Assembly: GCA_023515725.1 (NCBI GenBank)
Contig: JALDTO010000179.1
Location: 71,990 to 135,989 of the forward strand
Direction of reading: 5' to 3'
From: Amoeboaphelidium protococcarum X5
Taxonomy: Eukaryota > Fungi > Aphelidiomycota
DNA length: 64,000 nt
Below, in pieces: positions 23,004 through 37,071 of this stretch; position 1 is the first letter of the stretch; every line of letters begins with the position of its first letter. The position numbers were made by a program, and so were the translations under genes. The notes under the pieces are model-generated. The model saw nothing but the letters and a program-made list of their open reading frames with translations. It was not told the DNA's origin and searched no databases.

Positions 23004-24569
23004 ATGACCAGTTTAAACTTTATGGATGTGCTGTGGTACTCTGTGTATAGTGCGGCGGCATTCTTCTTAATGCAATTTCTATATGAAGTGTACAAGGGGA
23101 AAAGTGTCAGAAGAGGCGTTCCCGGTCCGGTGATTGTTCCCCTGTTGGATAACTTAATAGAATGCATATTGACACTGGGACAAAGTTTTGACTCGCTAGT
23201 GGAATACACTTTGAAATTTCATGACAAGGTGTACTCCTTGGACGGTGAGGTGAAATACGTGGGAAAACCCAAAACTTGGATGGTCAATCTGCCCTTCATT
23301 CCGCGGCACTTTGTCACCACTGATCCGGAGTGTGTCGAGTTTGCGCTCAAGACAAAATTTGAATTGTTTGAAAAATCTCCCGAATTGAAGCATTTACTCG
23401 CCCAACTTCTTGGTAAAGGGATATTCGCATCGGATGGACCTCGTTGGTTGGCATAGCGTAAGGCTACCAGTTAGATATTTCATGTAAAGAACTTTAGGGA
23501 ATATTTTATGACTGTATTCCGGGAGGGGACTGATTTGCTGATAAAGATTCTAGTTAAAGCTGCGTCTGAGGGAACGGTGGTGGATTTGTATGATTTATTT
23601 CATCGATTCACGTTGGATTCTTTCAGCCTCATTGGTTTTGGTAAGTAATTACATTGCTTGCAGTCTTATTTAGATGGCGATTTGAGTCCTGTTGCATTTG
23701 CTGCGGCTTTTGATAAGGCTCAGCATATCACTGCACTTCGCACCATGTCTTCCATCTGGCCTATAACAGAGTACTTTGATGGATCCGCGCAGATTATGAG
23801 AGATTGTGTTAAAACGATTAATGAATTTTCATCTCAGTGCATTGAAGAACGTCGTTAGGATCCAGATAAGGATAATAAAGATGATTTGCTTAGTAGATTT
23901 ATGCGTTTACGCGATGAAGAGACTGGTGAATTGTATAGCGATCAGGAACTTCGAGACACGATCATGAACTTGATAATTGCCGGTAGAGATACAACTGCAT
24001 AAACATTAAGTTGGGCGTTTACTGAGTTATTTAAGCATTCGGAAGTGATTGAGAAGATTCGTGATGAATTTCAAAGTCAAATTACGGACTTCAATATTGA
24101 CGACTTTTCTAGACCGAGTTATGATGAAGTGCTCAAGTTGTAGTACGCTAAAGCTGTGTTCAATGAAACTCTAAGATTGCATCCTGCAGTTCCGCGTCAG
24201 TCCAAAGGAGCATTAGAAGATGTGACATTGCCTAATGGGGTTTAACTGAAGAAGGGAGAAGTGTTTGTATTCTCATCCTATGTCATGGGCAGACTGGAGA
24301 GTATATGGGGTGAAGATGTCCTAGAGTTTAAACCAGAGCGCTTTATAGACCAAAATCACTCCCCTTATAAGTTTCTCGCTTTCAATGCTGGTCCACGACT
24401 TTGTCTTGGTCAATAGATGGCATATTTGGAGGCTATCACTGCTCTGGTACTCGTGTTAGATCAGTTTGATTTTAAGCTTGCTATGCCTGAGGAAGAGATT
24501 CAGCATGCCATTGGACTGACGTTGCTGATGAAGAATGGACTTAAAGTCACGGTTGAAAAGAGAATTTGA
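23004..24569 (+). CDS. Cytochrome P450 (CYP86/CYP704/CYP52-like fatty-acid hydroxylase type), 521 aa
   Basis: Motifs [41 protein letters not shown] and heme motif [11 protein letters not shown]-terminal TM anchor. Confidence 0.93.
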
Positions 24570-24724
24570 GACTCAAAATTTGGATTATAATGAACAATAT
24601 CTTGCTAGAAATATTATGATTGTATTATACTATAATGATCAAAATAAAATACTATCGAAAAAACGAAAAATGACAGTTATTTTAGTAATAACTGGTAGTT
24701 AATAATACAATACAAAACTCAATT

Positions 24725-27357
24725 TCATTCTCCCTTAATATTGGTATTCTAGTCTTGCAAGTTAGACTCCAAAGACTGCCTGTCATTATCCTTCTTTTTA
24801 GATACGACAGAGTCACTTTCTTATTGAATTGCACCTTCATTCAGTCGATCATCTTCCTTATCGTGCAAATTCACGTCTTTTACTTGACCAACAACTTAGT
24901 CAGCAATATCAGTAGACTCTTACACCACTTCCTTTGTGGTAGAATTACCAGAATCATTCCCGTTTTGTGAAGTTGCCGTACCAATAGATGTGATATGATC
25001 TACAGATATTTCGGTGGTATTATGTGAAGTCTCAATAGCTGCAAACAGATCAGTTTATAAAACAGGCGCACCAAACAGCTAATCTAAAAATGCCTTGCCT
25101 TACAAATTAGACGCTTCAGCAGGAGTCTACTTCAACTAACGCTTGCCTTGACCGCTGGCACCAGTACTATCATCCCCATCATCATTGTCAGCAGTTTCAT
25201 CCTCTTCACCAATAGAAATTCTCGTTTAATCAATTTGATTCTTACTACCATCATCGTTGTTCCTAGACACGGAACTTCGATTATTTTATAGGCCAAAACT
25301 CTGATAATCCACCCAACCACCAGCATCATCGTCATCATCCGCAGATCCGGCAGAGGTGGATCCATAACGATTTGGGAAATCTGAAATCACCTACTGGATC
25401 ATAAATCTTGCCATCTAATCCGATGACATGTCAAAGTACGATAAACTTTACGCCTACTACTGATCAATCTCACCAGATGATAGCTAAGCATTCTAGGCAG
25501 TACCATTCCCAGGAGTGGACAGTGTTAATCCATTCATTCCGGCACTGAGTGGAGACGGTATAAACACAGGCTTTCCACCTGCAAATTGCCTGTTGTTCTT
25601 CAATTCTGCATCTTTATACCACCCATTAACGTATTCCTACCACTCCTCATCATTAGTCAACGGCGCAATAACATGCTATTACAACTCACTTTATGCAGAA
25701 TCTTTTCCATCACCATCATCGCTACTATTTCCGGTGTGTCTGGAGATGAAGCTCAGTACTTTTTCAGTCATCAGAGTAATGTGTCCCATATTGCCAAATC
25801 TCAACGATTTTGGCTGTGCTACACTAACCTGATTCTGCTTGTTGGCTTTACAAATCTATTTACACAATTCAGCATCCTTGAAAAGGGAAATGATTAACTA
25901 TTCTGAATACTGCAGCGGTGCATCAAATAGATTATTCAAAAGCTGAACCACCAAATTATGCAGCAGATTATTCCAAGTGAACTGAAAGAAATACCCCAGA
26001 ATTATAGCAAGAATGCCATTATCAAGAAGAAGCTTAAACACTGCAGGCTTGGTATTTTCATGCTAATGACTATCCATAGATTGTAAAGATGCCAAGTTGG
26101 CCAGAGTACCTAGATTGGAATGCATCTTACCACTGGCAGCTTCCAATAGATTAACAAAGAATTCAACCAAGGCAAGTCTCTCACCACCAAAAGGTATAAG
26201 TATTCCAGTGCTCAAATCTCTTGGCACTAATTTACCAACAGGCTTCTACAGAATATTCTTCAGTTATAACACGGTATCGTTACTGCAAACCACATCAATC
26301 AGCTCATCAATATTCAACGGATCCCTCTTAATGATAGGAGCAGGCGCTGTCATAGCTCCAAACTCACCTCCGCCGCCACCACCACCTTCACTCATCTGAG
26401 ATGCCATATCATCTTCATCACTCTGAGTATAATGCTTGATCAATTCAGTCAGCAATTTAACACCATAGACAATACAAGATGACTACTGCTGAATATTATC
26501 ACCTGGTGGTCGTGTAATGAACGAAATCAGCTTCTCCACATTCTACTTTCCTTTTATTTACTGTACTAAAGCATTACAGTTTAATAGATCAGAATCTACA
26601 ATCTAAGATTATGAATAGACAGAGATTATATCCACGAGTAACAACTGAGCTGTTGAATGCCACTGATAATCAAGTGCAGGACTGAACATGTCAAACATTT
26701 TATCAATTAATGCCGCCTCCGAAAGCCACCCAGTAATATCATGTCCTTCTTCATAAGTATCACAAGCTATAATTTTAAGGATGACATCACCAATAGCAAA
26801 AGTACAAGCATGACGAAGAAGTTATTGGACACAATTCTACTTCTACCGCAGATACTGCAAAGTTTCATGCGTTCGCTTCACCAACAGAGTTCCGACAACT
26901 TTATTAAAATACCCCGCATTAACCGGATTGATATCTTCTTCAGTGTCAATAATAGAGTATAGAATATCCATAAACTCCATGTGACTATCCACAAGTTCAT
27001 TAATGAAAGCATTCGTCTCACAGCACAAAATCTCTGAAGCCACAAAGGGAAACTTAAAGCGTTCATCCGCCAATAATTCATTCTACTCCACTTCAGTCTC
27101 TGGAATCCCACACAACCAAGTGATGATTAACTTGAGGTTGTTCTCTTGACATAGACTACAATGAACATGATAATTTAAAATTATATTTCAATGGTGGATT
27201 TCAATTCTTACAATTCAATAACCTTGGTGTTCTAAGTCTTGACTTCCTGCAGTAGTTCATCCTCTCGGAACAATTCATACAAAGTACATCCACCCTCTCT
27301 ATCCAAGAGGTTCTCAATATTAGATGAAGTCTACTGAAATCCAAATCTCCAAAACAT
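24725..27357 (-). CDS. SIT4/PP6 phosphatase regulatory subunit (SAPS family); intron 27156-27211
   Basis: Motifs MFWRFGF, EDELLQEVKTQN, FKFPFVASEILCCE, AGYFNKV and YFFQFTWNNLLH. Acidic C-terminal tail. Confidence 0.9.
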
Positions 27358-27795
27358 AATATTGTCTCTTATAAAGTAGGAATATTAAATTTGTCGATTA
27401 TGACTTTTAGAACTAGCTTGATAGTAAATAGAAGCAAAAGGGTATTTGAGCAAGAATGAAGGAAAGAAGAAAGAGACGAAGCAGATTGAAACAAACGAGC
27501 CGTCTGTCTGTCTAAGTAACTCTGAACTGTAATCATAAGCAGAGAACGCGATCACTCTACAGAGATGCGTCGTGGAGAAATAAAGTGTCTCTCGGAGGTT
27601 AAAACATGATGACGCGTCCCCTCTCTACGCTATCACTTGGGCGAGCAGGCAGGGAAGCGAGTCTAGCCATGCCGTTCTCGAAAAATTTTCGTTTCATCCT
27701 CTCAGTAGAATTCATTTAGTCATTTATTTCTATTAGTACAGCAGTTGTAAAGTCTCGGGGAGTTATTTTTTAGTTTAAAGTGCTTATTGTCAGAG

Positions 27796-29085
27796 ATGAA
27801 GTCTATATGGAGTCGGCGGTTTATAATTCCAGCGGTGGTTATATTAATTGTGGTGTTAAACATATTCGTGCCGTTCAAGTACACGCTCTTCAACTCTGAT
27901 TAATGGTACGGTAGTAGAGGTAGAAAGCCTGACTCTCCTGCAAAGTCGTCACCAACATCTGAATATAATAGATCCTCCCTTTTACATCCAAATTCATCTT
28001 CCACTCAGTAGTCGTCCTATATTGAACGTAGGCATCTCAAGGTTAATATCAAGATTTATAATAAACACTATCTGGGTAATGATTTTGGCGGTGAGATTAA
28101 AGGATGTCGGTTGGGAAATGAGACGATTAAATGCCATATGTTCAAACGAACAGAAGATGTCAACTAAGATTACATTGACGCCCTATGGTATCATATTCCT
28201 ACTCACTTTGGCCAGTAGGAACCGGTGAGGATGTAGAATGGAGTTCAGACAAGTTGGAACATTGGCTTCTCATACGAATCGTCAGGATATTATGCTCGAA
28301 TGAACGATGCCGAGTATATGAGCAGATTTGATCTCCTCATGACATATAGATTAGACTCTGATGTCGTACTTCGATACTTTAGTAACGCGTCCGAGTATTA
28401 CTCTTCGCCTGCCATTGGACTTGATCAGCGATATCCTGCAGTCTTGTACGTGCAGAAGAACTGTGATCCCCGTAATGGCCGTGAAGATATTGTGCGCGAT
28501 CTCATGGAGGCCGGTGTACCCATTCATGCGTATGGAACTTGCTTGCATAACCAGGATAAAGTTTTGACTATTGGTAATGATACATCCTGGACTGCGGATG
28601 TCTTTAAGGGTGGAGTGAATAAAGAACTGCTGGCCAAGCATTATAGGGCATGTGTAGCTATTGAAAACAGTAATGCTCGCGACTATGTATCTGAAAAGCT
28701 GTGGGATTCTTATCGGTGGGGATGTGTTCCTATTTATTTAGGAGCTCCAAACGTTGTGTCTGATTTTATGCCTTCAAATGATAGTGCGATATTGATACCT
28801 CCGCGCAAAGATTTAAATTTCCTGCCAGTTGATGGCCGCGTAGATTCTCAATATCAAAGCAGATCGGTTCAAGATGCTGTACGAGATATCCAACTCGCAT
28901 TACGTGATGATGATGAATACTATCGGAGGTAAAAATGGCGGCAGGTCCCGTTTCATCAACGATCTCCTGGATTTTAGCGAATAATGAATATAACTCAGAT
29001 GCCATCTCAAGATTGTTAGATGTGTGCTAAAATCGCTTAGTTGAAACTGAATTCTCTCCGGAAACTTTAAAGGATGCTTGAATGA
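27796..29085 (+). CDS. Alpha-1,3-fucosyltransferase-like (GT10), type II membrane protein, 429 aa
   Basis: N-terminal TM. Motifs MTYRLDSDV, YVQKNC, HAYGTC and the GT10 motif YRACVAIENSNARDYVSEKLWDSYRWGCVPIYLG. Confidence 0.88.
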
Positions 29086-29501
29086 AATTTGAGCTGTCCA
29101 GAGTTTGTCTCACTGCCACTGATGTTATATTCGGTTGATTATGGTGATGTTTTCATTCAATTGTTCGAGTGTTAATAAGTATAAGTTAACCTTTTATCTG
29201 TACATTTAAGATTAATGCCTCAATATGATGCAAGAAGTAGACTTGTTTGGCAGTGCGCAATGTACCTTTGTGTTTCCCCTTGACACGTTGGCGGTCACTG
29301 AATCACTCCCGACGCGTCCCTTTTTTGTTTTTCAATCTCCATAATAGCGGCGCGTTGATAAAATTCAAAAGAAATTCTCTTTCCATCTGTATTGTGACAA
29401 AATATTGGCTTTCTCGCTTGCAATTGTATAGTGCAAAATCTCTATTTTTATATCAAAATCTAAATTGTATTCAAATACTGCCAATTGTATATCAACTAAA
29501 T

Positions 29502-30440
29502 ATGCGAGATCGGACTGGTGATTTTCTGAGTACCACTAGCCGCAATAATGGCGAGTCTATGGAATTGACTTCTATCCGCACATCCTCTGGCCACTCGCTG
29601 AATGACATCTTGGCCTATCTGGACTCTGTGTCAAAGTAGATCTCTGACCTGCAATCCTTGATAGATCAGGTGGAAGGCAAGTAGCGCAAAGCATAGCGCG
29701 TATTTGAGTAGAATAATACGGATACTCTGATAGAGACTAGACAGGAAATCGAGGCTATGAATCGTGATGCTAATTCCCTCGCACTCAAGATTCGTAACAG
29801 ATTAAAAGAGATCTAGAATATCATCAAGAGCGAACTGCTGCCGGGTAGTGCTGATTACAGAATGGCCAATACATAATACACTGCTCATGCCACCAAAATG
29901 CGGGACATTATCATCTCGTATCAGAGAAATTAAGAAGAGTAGTAGCGTCGATAGCGCGCCAGATTTGAGCGTGAGTATAGAATTGTGAATCCTTCTGCCA
30001 CTTAGTACGAGATTGAGGAGATTATGAACAACAAGACTGATTTTAGCAATGAACAAGTGTTTGCCAATCACATCCTTCGCAGCACGTATAATGAAGAAGC
30101 CAAGAGCCTGCTGAAGGATGTGAAGAGTAGGTAGCATGATTTGACTTAGTTGGCTGAGTAGATTGAAGAACTGGCCACGCTATTCACAGATTTGGATGAA
30201 CTTGTGAATATGCAAAATGCTTAGATTGAGTCTATCAGTCAGCACATTGAGGGTGCCAAGGTTTATACTGAGGCTAGTAATGCCGAGATGACGCGCGCTA
30301 TTAAAACTGCTCACTCTGTCCGTAGACGCAAGTGGTGTTTGGCTGTGTCTTGCATTATCTTATTGGCAGTGCTGGTGGTTGTCATCATTCTCGTTATTGT
30401 TCCGGCGGCTTAGAAGAGCTTGAACGCTGGTGCGTAGTGA
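29502..30440 (+). CDS. Plasma-membrane syntaxin (Qa-SNARE, SSO/STX1-like), 312 aa
   Basis: MRDRT start. SNARE motif RQHDLTQLAEQIEELATLFTDLDELVNMQ. RRRKW followed by a C-terminal TM helix. Confidence 0.9.
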
Positions 30441-30775
30441 ATTGATCCGTATATCCCCCTTCTTCAGTTCCCATAGTCTCAATAGTTGATCTAGTTTGCA
30501 TGAAATAGCTGTTTCTCATATTTATGATATTTGCATATTGAGCATTTTCAGATGTCTTTTTCTATATATTCTTTATTGCCTTATACAGCCGACAAGCACA
30601 ATCACCAGTTTCTGCAGAGACTTTCTGTGCTTCAGTGACTTTTCGCGGCGCGTTTCGTTTCTTTTTTCCCGTCCCTCCTTGAACAACATAGAGCATTATA
30701 CTTGTGTTGCATTTACTGTTCTCTGATATATTGTGCATCACCCGTAGATATTAAATCAGAATCACCTAAGGCATT

Positions 30776-31193
30776 ATGGGCAAATTATTGGTGCGCTTAT
30801 TCAAGCCTAGTTTTGCATTCATGTCAATTTATGGAGTCGTATTGTTTGATTTATTCCACTCCTAGTCTTTACTTGGACTGTCTAGTACCTCGAAAACTGT
30901 TTTGCCATTTGTACGTTTATTATATTTTGTAAATTGAGTGGCTTTAATATAGTGATGTATCTCTACTGTAGCTTCCATTGATTCTATTGATATTATTCGG
31001 TGCATACTGTGCATTAACATTGATATACAACGTTTTGACTATCAACGACTGTCCTGAAGCTTATCAAGAGTTGCAACGAGTAAGTTATCTGTACATTTCG
31101 GTTCTTAAGAAATTGTAAGATACATATGAGTGTTGGTAGGAAATTATTGAAGCCAAATAATACTTATCGAATCGCGGTGTTGATATGAATTGA
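30776..31193 (+). CDS. DPM3: Dolichol-phosphate mannosyltransferase subunit 3; introns 30911-30971 and 31080-31139
   Basis: Spliced frame gives LPLILLILFGAYCALTLIYNVLTINDCPEAYQELQREIIEAKQYLSNRGV. Confidence 0.85.
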
Positions 31194-31688
31194 ATTGTTG
31201 AAAATATATATTATGACTGTACAATACATAGAACTCTGGTTTTTCCTGATTAGGATTTTATTGTATCATTTGGCAGATGAACTATATCCATATGTATAAT
31301 TATACCGCTTGGCAGAATGTATTGAGTAATATGAGAGAACATTTGAGTAATACGCGCTTAATGGAATGAGCTTTGATACAGTGTACTTTTGAGAACAAGT
31401 CAGAGCTACAGTACTTTATGACATTAATGCAAACGCGTCACTTTTCAAACGAGTTTCACTACTTCACAATCTGGTGACAATACAGCTCTCCAGAACGAGT
31501 TCAATCATTTGATGGTGTGATAGAGTGGATCTGTGTCCTCAAAAATATGTTTAGGAATATAAGTTCATTTGACTTCTTGGAGTTGACAATACCAGCATTT
31601 TTAAGACTTTCTTGAATCACTTCGCTTAGCGTTTTGTCAACTGAACATAACGCTCGACTATTTCTGAAATCAAAACGCGCAATTGATA

Positions 31689-32021
31689 ATGTATTGGCCT
31701 TATGCGGTGGGCGGCTTTCTAGCTGGATCTGCAATGGAATACTTGTTGATTACATTCAACTTTTGTAAGTATATAATAAAGTAGCATTTATGGAGTATAT
31801 TATAACAAAATTTATAATTAATTCTTGTAGATGAACATATACGAGTGAGTGAGAGTAGGAAACGTCTTAAGGAGCGAATGGATATCGATGACGCGGTGGA
31901 GCGGTTAATGAGACGCGATCCTGGCAAGTTTTAAAGTCTAGCTGACAGCTGGGAACGCATAAAGATCATGGAAGACAGTGAAGAAGAATAACAATAATAT
32001 GAGTAATAAAAGAATTAATGA
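31689..32021 (+). CDS. Small membrane protein, SMIM4/UQCC5-like (88 aa); intron 31765-31830
   Basis: Spliced frame MYWPYAVGGFLAGSAMEYLLITFNFYEHIRVSESRKRL resembles the G-x-x-M-E...FY motif. Canonical GTAAGT...TTGTAG intron. Confidence 0.5.
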
Positions 32022-32039
32022 TGTAAAGAGAAGTTATTA

Positions 32040-32666
32040 TCATGTATGCTTTGTTGCCAGCGAGCTAATTATGAATCTATCAAGTTTTTCGTTGTCAGTA
32101 TTTGAAGGAATTCGAAATAATTGCCTTAGCCTGTACACGTCAGGACTGAACTTGACACTATCAGACACAGAATTGGCATATTAAGTTGTCCACTACACTA
32201 GCTATTTCATCAAAAAGATAAGATTTGAACTTGATTATTAACATTATATACCTCCGATGAAGTTCCATCTATTGGGAGTATTTCCACCACCAACAAATCA
32301 TCATCCTTCTCATCAAAGCCAAAATATTTAAAAGCTTCCGACACCTACAAAGTCTATTATAAATTTTACATCTATGCTGATTGATAAAACCATAAAGCTT
32401 ACATGCATTGCAGGCGATATATTGTAGATAATTTCGCCATACACAGTGTTGGCTTTGAGATTATTTCTATGACGCGACTCCAGTGCATTAAATATCGCCA
32501 ATTTGAGTATAGTGTCATTGTATATCATCTACCGTTTTATTAGAGCCGCAGACACTTTTCCAGACATTACATCTTTCTTTAGCTAGAGTGGGTTCTTAAT
32601 ACCGCTCAATGATGATATTTACACGCGAACAACCTCATCATTATCAATCTTGAACTCGTATTTCAT
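32040..32666 (-). CDS. CGI121: KEOPS complex subunit CGI121/TPRKB; two introns
   Basis: LKANTVYGEIIYNISPAMH|VSEAFKYFG and C-terminal DRFIISSLATK. Confidence 0.82.
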
Positions 32667-32832
32667 CTTGATCAAAGATTATTATTATTAGTGCCTTGTC
32701 AATGTTTGATAATTAACGAGCAAATTAAAAATCGTAAGTACAGTACACTATAATCGCCGATCAAATGAACAATTTAACTTCTTAAGATATAAATTAAAAA
32801 GCACAATTCAAATTTAAAAGAGTCTGAAGTTA

Positions 32833-34221
32833 TCACATTTTACTAGAGACACCTTTCGTTGCACTCATCTTCATGGCGAGGACGTGCTCTAACTTGGCAA
32901 CTGCACCATGCTTCCGCTTGTAGACGGGGAATCGCAGCTTGAATTCTTCAACCAAATCCCCTAAACTGGTAATCTTCTTCCTTGATGCGGTGGGAAGTTC
33001 ATCAAACTGCAATTCAATCTGGAATTCAGAAGGTAGACCAAAGTTGAACGGATATGCGTCAAAAGTAGCTTCGGAACTAGTTTTGAGTTCACTACCATCA
33101 TCGTCTAGTTCCTGAAAAAACCAATCAACATCCTCTGGCTTGACGTCTTGCAAGGATTTAGGATTCCATTGCGGCTTGTTGTCTTTATCAATCAATAGAG
33201 CGCGGACACCTTCATGGAAATCTCGACATTTATCACCACTCTGCAAAGCTAGTAAAGTTCTGGAAGCCAGAGTGTACTCCAATTCAAAGCAGGATAGAAA
33301 ATCCAACTCCTTACCCTCACGCATCTATCTTGTAGTTATGTGCAGACTCATCGGAGACATCTTCATCATTGTCTGGAGCGTGTACTGAGCAAATTCTGAG
33401 CCATCCTTCTACAAATTCTCAACAGTCTCAAAGATACTCTCATAAGAGAAACATTTATCAATAACGCTCAGTGCTTGATTCTTCTACAGAGAGTACTAGC
33501 CATAATCCAATTCGCCGCTAAATTCTTCAATAGCATCTGATATCACCTCGGGATTATCACTGTTCAGGTGTTATAGACGCTCTTCTAGTAGAGGCAAATT
33601 CACTGAAGGCACAAAGTGTGTAGCAATACCAGCCCATACCAAATCTTGCGCTTTCAATCTAGCACCAGTCAGAGCCAAATACAGCCCCAACTTGCCATCA
33701 AGTCGTGGTAAAAAGAAGGATCCGCCAACATCAGGAAATAGTCCAATCGCAGTCTCTGGCATGGCAAACACCGATTTCTCAGTCGCCACTCTTAAAGGCG
33801 CGTGTACAGACAGTCCGACACCACCGCCCATAGTAATCCCATTCAGTAGAGCCACAATAGGCTTAGACTGAGTGCCAATCATATGATTCACGTAGTACTC
33901 CTTAGCAAAGAACTGATTAGCATTAGGTAACTTGTTCACTGCAGCGGTAACTACAGCCTTGACATCACCTCCGGCACAAAAAGCTCTACCTTCTCCCTTA
34001 AGCAGTAGACATTAAGCTGCGCGATTATTCTAAAAATGTTCCAACTCCACTCTTAGAGCGTCAATCATTTCCACATTCAGTGCATTCAAAGCCTTTGGTC
34101 TATTCAGCGTGATAGTCTGCAGCGAACCATTTCGCTATGCTAGAACACTCTACATTCTAAAAAAATAATTATATCATTCGTATCTACATAATTTTTAAAG
34201 TGATAAATATCTTACACTCAT
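32833..34221 (-). CDS. HIBCH: 3-hydroxyisobutyryl-CoA hydrolase (crotonase fold); short first exon and one intron near the 5' end
   Basis: Motifs [48 protein letters not shown] and [14 protein letters not shown]. Ends in SKM. Confidence 0.92.
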
Positions 34222-34371
34222 TCGCTTGCCAAATTAAATAGTTGACATATTTCACCTAAATGGTCGCTTCTCAATCAAAAGAAAAAGAGACAAGCAAGAA
34301 ATGCACCGATCAAGACAATACCCAAAAGGAACACAATTTATACAATATATACAAACTACAATTAAAGGTTA

Positions 34372-36717
34372 TCAATTCCCAATATAAAGCTGAGATGAAT
34401 CGACGGTGGATGGGTCAATTTAGTCAGAGGTGAAGCGTGCGAGATAAAACTTGCACATATTGCGCATGATGGTGTCCTTCATTTTCATCTCCTCCGTCAT
34501 GGATTCCCCCTCAACATCACGCGTCCAGTAATCTTTCATATCTGGGCGGGTGTGCGTATATATTCCCGTGACAGTCTTCATGTTACTTTGTCGCCACTTC
34601 TTACCAAGTACGCCAACCATATTCTTCGATAACTTATAACACATTCGATCCAAATCAAACTACTCAATCTTGCCAATCTTCTTCAGAATCAGTGGAGTTT
34701 TATACTAAATGAGCATACCAGTTCTCACCTGCTTATTCTTCACCAACTTTTACATTATTCTCAGAATGTTGATCACAGTGTAAAAGTTTCTACTGCAAAA
34801 CTGTATTTAGTGCGCAGACTGAGCAGACTATTTATCAATCGCCGACTTGCCAAATACATCAAAACTGTCTCTCGCCTCATCACCGGCATTATCAACGTCA
34901 GTCTATGCAAGACTCAGAGTGTCTCCACTACCACCATTACCACCATCAATATTGTCCACGTTGAAATCCTTCCGAATGTACAATAGAAACCTTTGGAAAT
35001 CAAACTCCTCCTCCTTGAGCAGATACGTGGTCATGTTCTGATTCAAAACTGATAGCATAAGAATCATAGCATTAGAATCCACCAAGACACAGCTCAAATG
35101 TTCAAAGAGACAACTATGAACAATTTTAGAGTGCTTGAGAATCAGCAAGATAATAAATGTGACAACTTTGGCGCCAATCTCCTTCTACCTTTAAAATTCA
35201 ACTGCATTACGAGCCTGTGCAGATTAACTCTTCTACCAACCGTCTGCTATATCAACTTTGAACAATTGCACCACTTTCTAAAGAGCAGCTCCCAGATTCT
35301 TCTAATTAGGTAAACCATTCAACGAGAGCAAAATCTTGAGGCACGACACCAGGCACTCTTCAACCAATGATAAATTCTGATGAAAGAATTGATTAACTTT
35401 AGACAGCTGAGGGGACTCGGATGAAAACAGATTACTCTTACCATCACTATGATCGCCATATTAACGCAGACTCATTAGGTATGGCACACTAGATAACTGC
35501 TCGGCAAACATACTGCGATCACTAAAACTGATACCCATTGAATTTGCCAACTTGCACTCCTAGCTCTACTGATATTGAGACAATGGAATGTATAAATTCT
35601 TCTTCTACACTTGCAGAGCCTCTTCAATAGACTTGGGTACTTTCGTAAATAGAACCGGCGCAGGATCTAATGGAGTAGCAACATTTTCATTGCCATTACC
35701 TGCTGCTGATAGAGACTGACTACTATACGCTGAAGATTGTGGAGACAATGGAGTCTGTTACTACTATTGAGGAGTGGTTGTAGATTACAGTTAAACACCT
35801 CTTCCGGTGAACTCTTTAAACGGATCATGATTAAGTACAGTGGTAAGTTTGTCATCTCTATTTTGCATAATTTCAAATCCATCCAGGGCGGCGTATCTTT
35901 CAATCATCTCATTAACAGCCTTCTAATAATCATGCGGGTATAGCTTAGTGCGGCGCTCATTATCAAAATCAAACTCCTACAAGCCGTTCTCTTAACGAAC
36001 AATATTCTTAGTCTTGTTAACATCTTTAAACTAGCCAAGTGAGATTCGCAATAGTCTGTGTATGATAAGGAGCACTTTCTTGAGTGGAAACGAATCATAA
36101 CTCTCCTTCAGTGCACGTCCAAGTTACACCATATAAAACTTTAAATGTACCTCAAAGGATTTAACTATATCACAATCCTACTTTTATATTTGTTATTATT
36201 GTTGGAAGCATATGATCAGATAGTATATAGATATCATCACGTCAATTTAAGTCATTTTAGGAGATAAAGCGAAATTGCTGACAAAGAGTTACTCAACAAT
36301 AGTCTAAACTCTGTCAACAGAGACGGAAGAACAAGACTTCTTCATAGTTGATTTACTTAATATGCCATCAGGACAATTACCCAGAACTATCCACCATTAG
36401 AGAATTTAACAAAAATCAAACTTCTCCACACAGCCATCTAACAAGTATTCAATGCACGACTAGATACGACTCTCATCTTGAGAACTAAGCTCTCTGGAAC
36501 ACACTACATTCTACTCTGACAGTCGTTCACCTTCCCTGATAATAGTCAAATCTGCCATAGTAAAGAATTCATTCAGTAAAGTGTCTATGCTATCACTATC
36601 ATTGTCAGGAGCATATTTAAATTAAATTTGTGAAGCCTTCTTCCTCGGAATATTCTTCACCATCTACTTGAGCTAGGCAAGCGTAATAGAATCAGCTGGA
36701 TCACTCGAAGTTTGCAT
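34372..36717 (-). CDS. FAR11: STRIPAK subunit FAR11/STRIP (N1221-like), 781 aa
   Basis: Motifs DSITLAQLKQMVK, VPKSIEEA, FEHLSCVLVDSN and LGKKWRQSNMKTVTGIYTHTRPDMKDYW. Confidence 0.88.
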
Positions 36718-37071
36718 TATTATTTACTATTATCTCTTTAATTGAAGATCTTTATAACTGGAATATAAGGTTTAAACTGGGAATACGCAAAGCTTTAATT
36801 GATGATTCTGAAGACTATAACAGATTGTAACAGAGTCTACCTACCAAAGTGATAAGGATAATCGCAAAGAGAGAAGAGAAGTACGGCTGAGATGAAATCA
36901 AAGCCAACACGCTCGTTGTAAACCCACCATTATTTGTGTATAGTGGACTTGGACAGTATTTAAATAGAATAAGGAAGGCAATTAAATACATCAATAGTAT
37001 TGAATCAGCCAGCTTAATTAATTTAGACAATAAAAGAGAGCGAATCAAGTTTTTATTAACATCAACAAAGG

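Noticed and set aside
23641-23663. GTAAGT...CAG as a mini-intron in the P450 gene
   Set aside because: The unspliced frame reads GFGKQLHCL, matching the family, whereas removing 23 nt would shift the frame.
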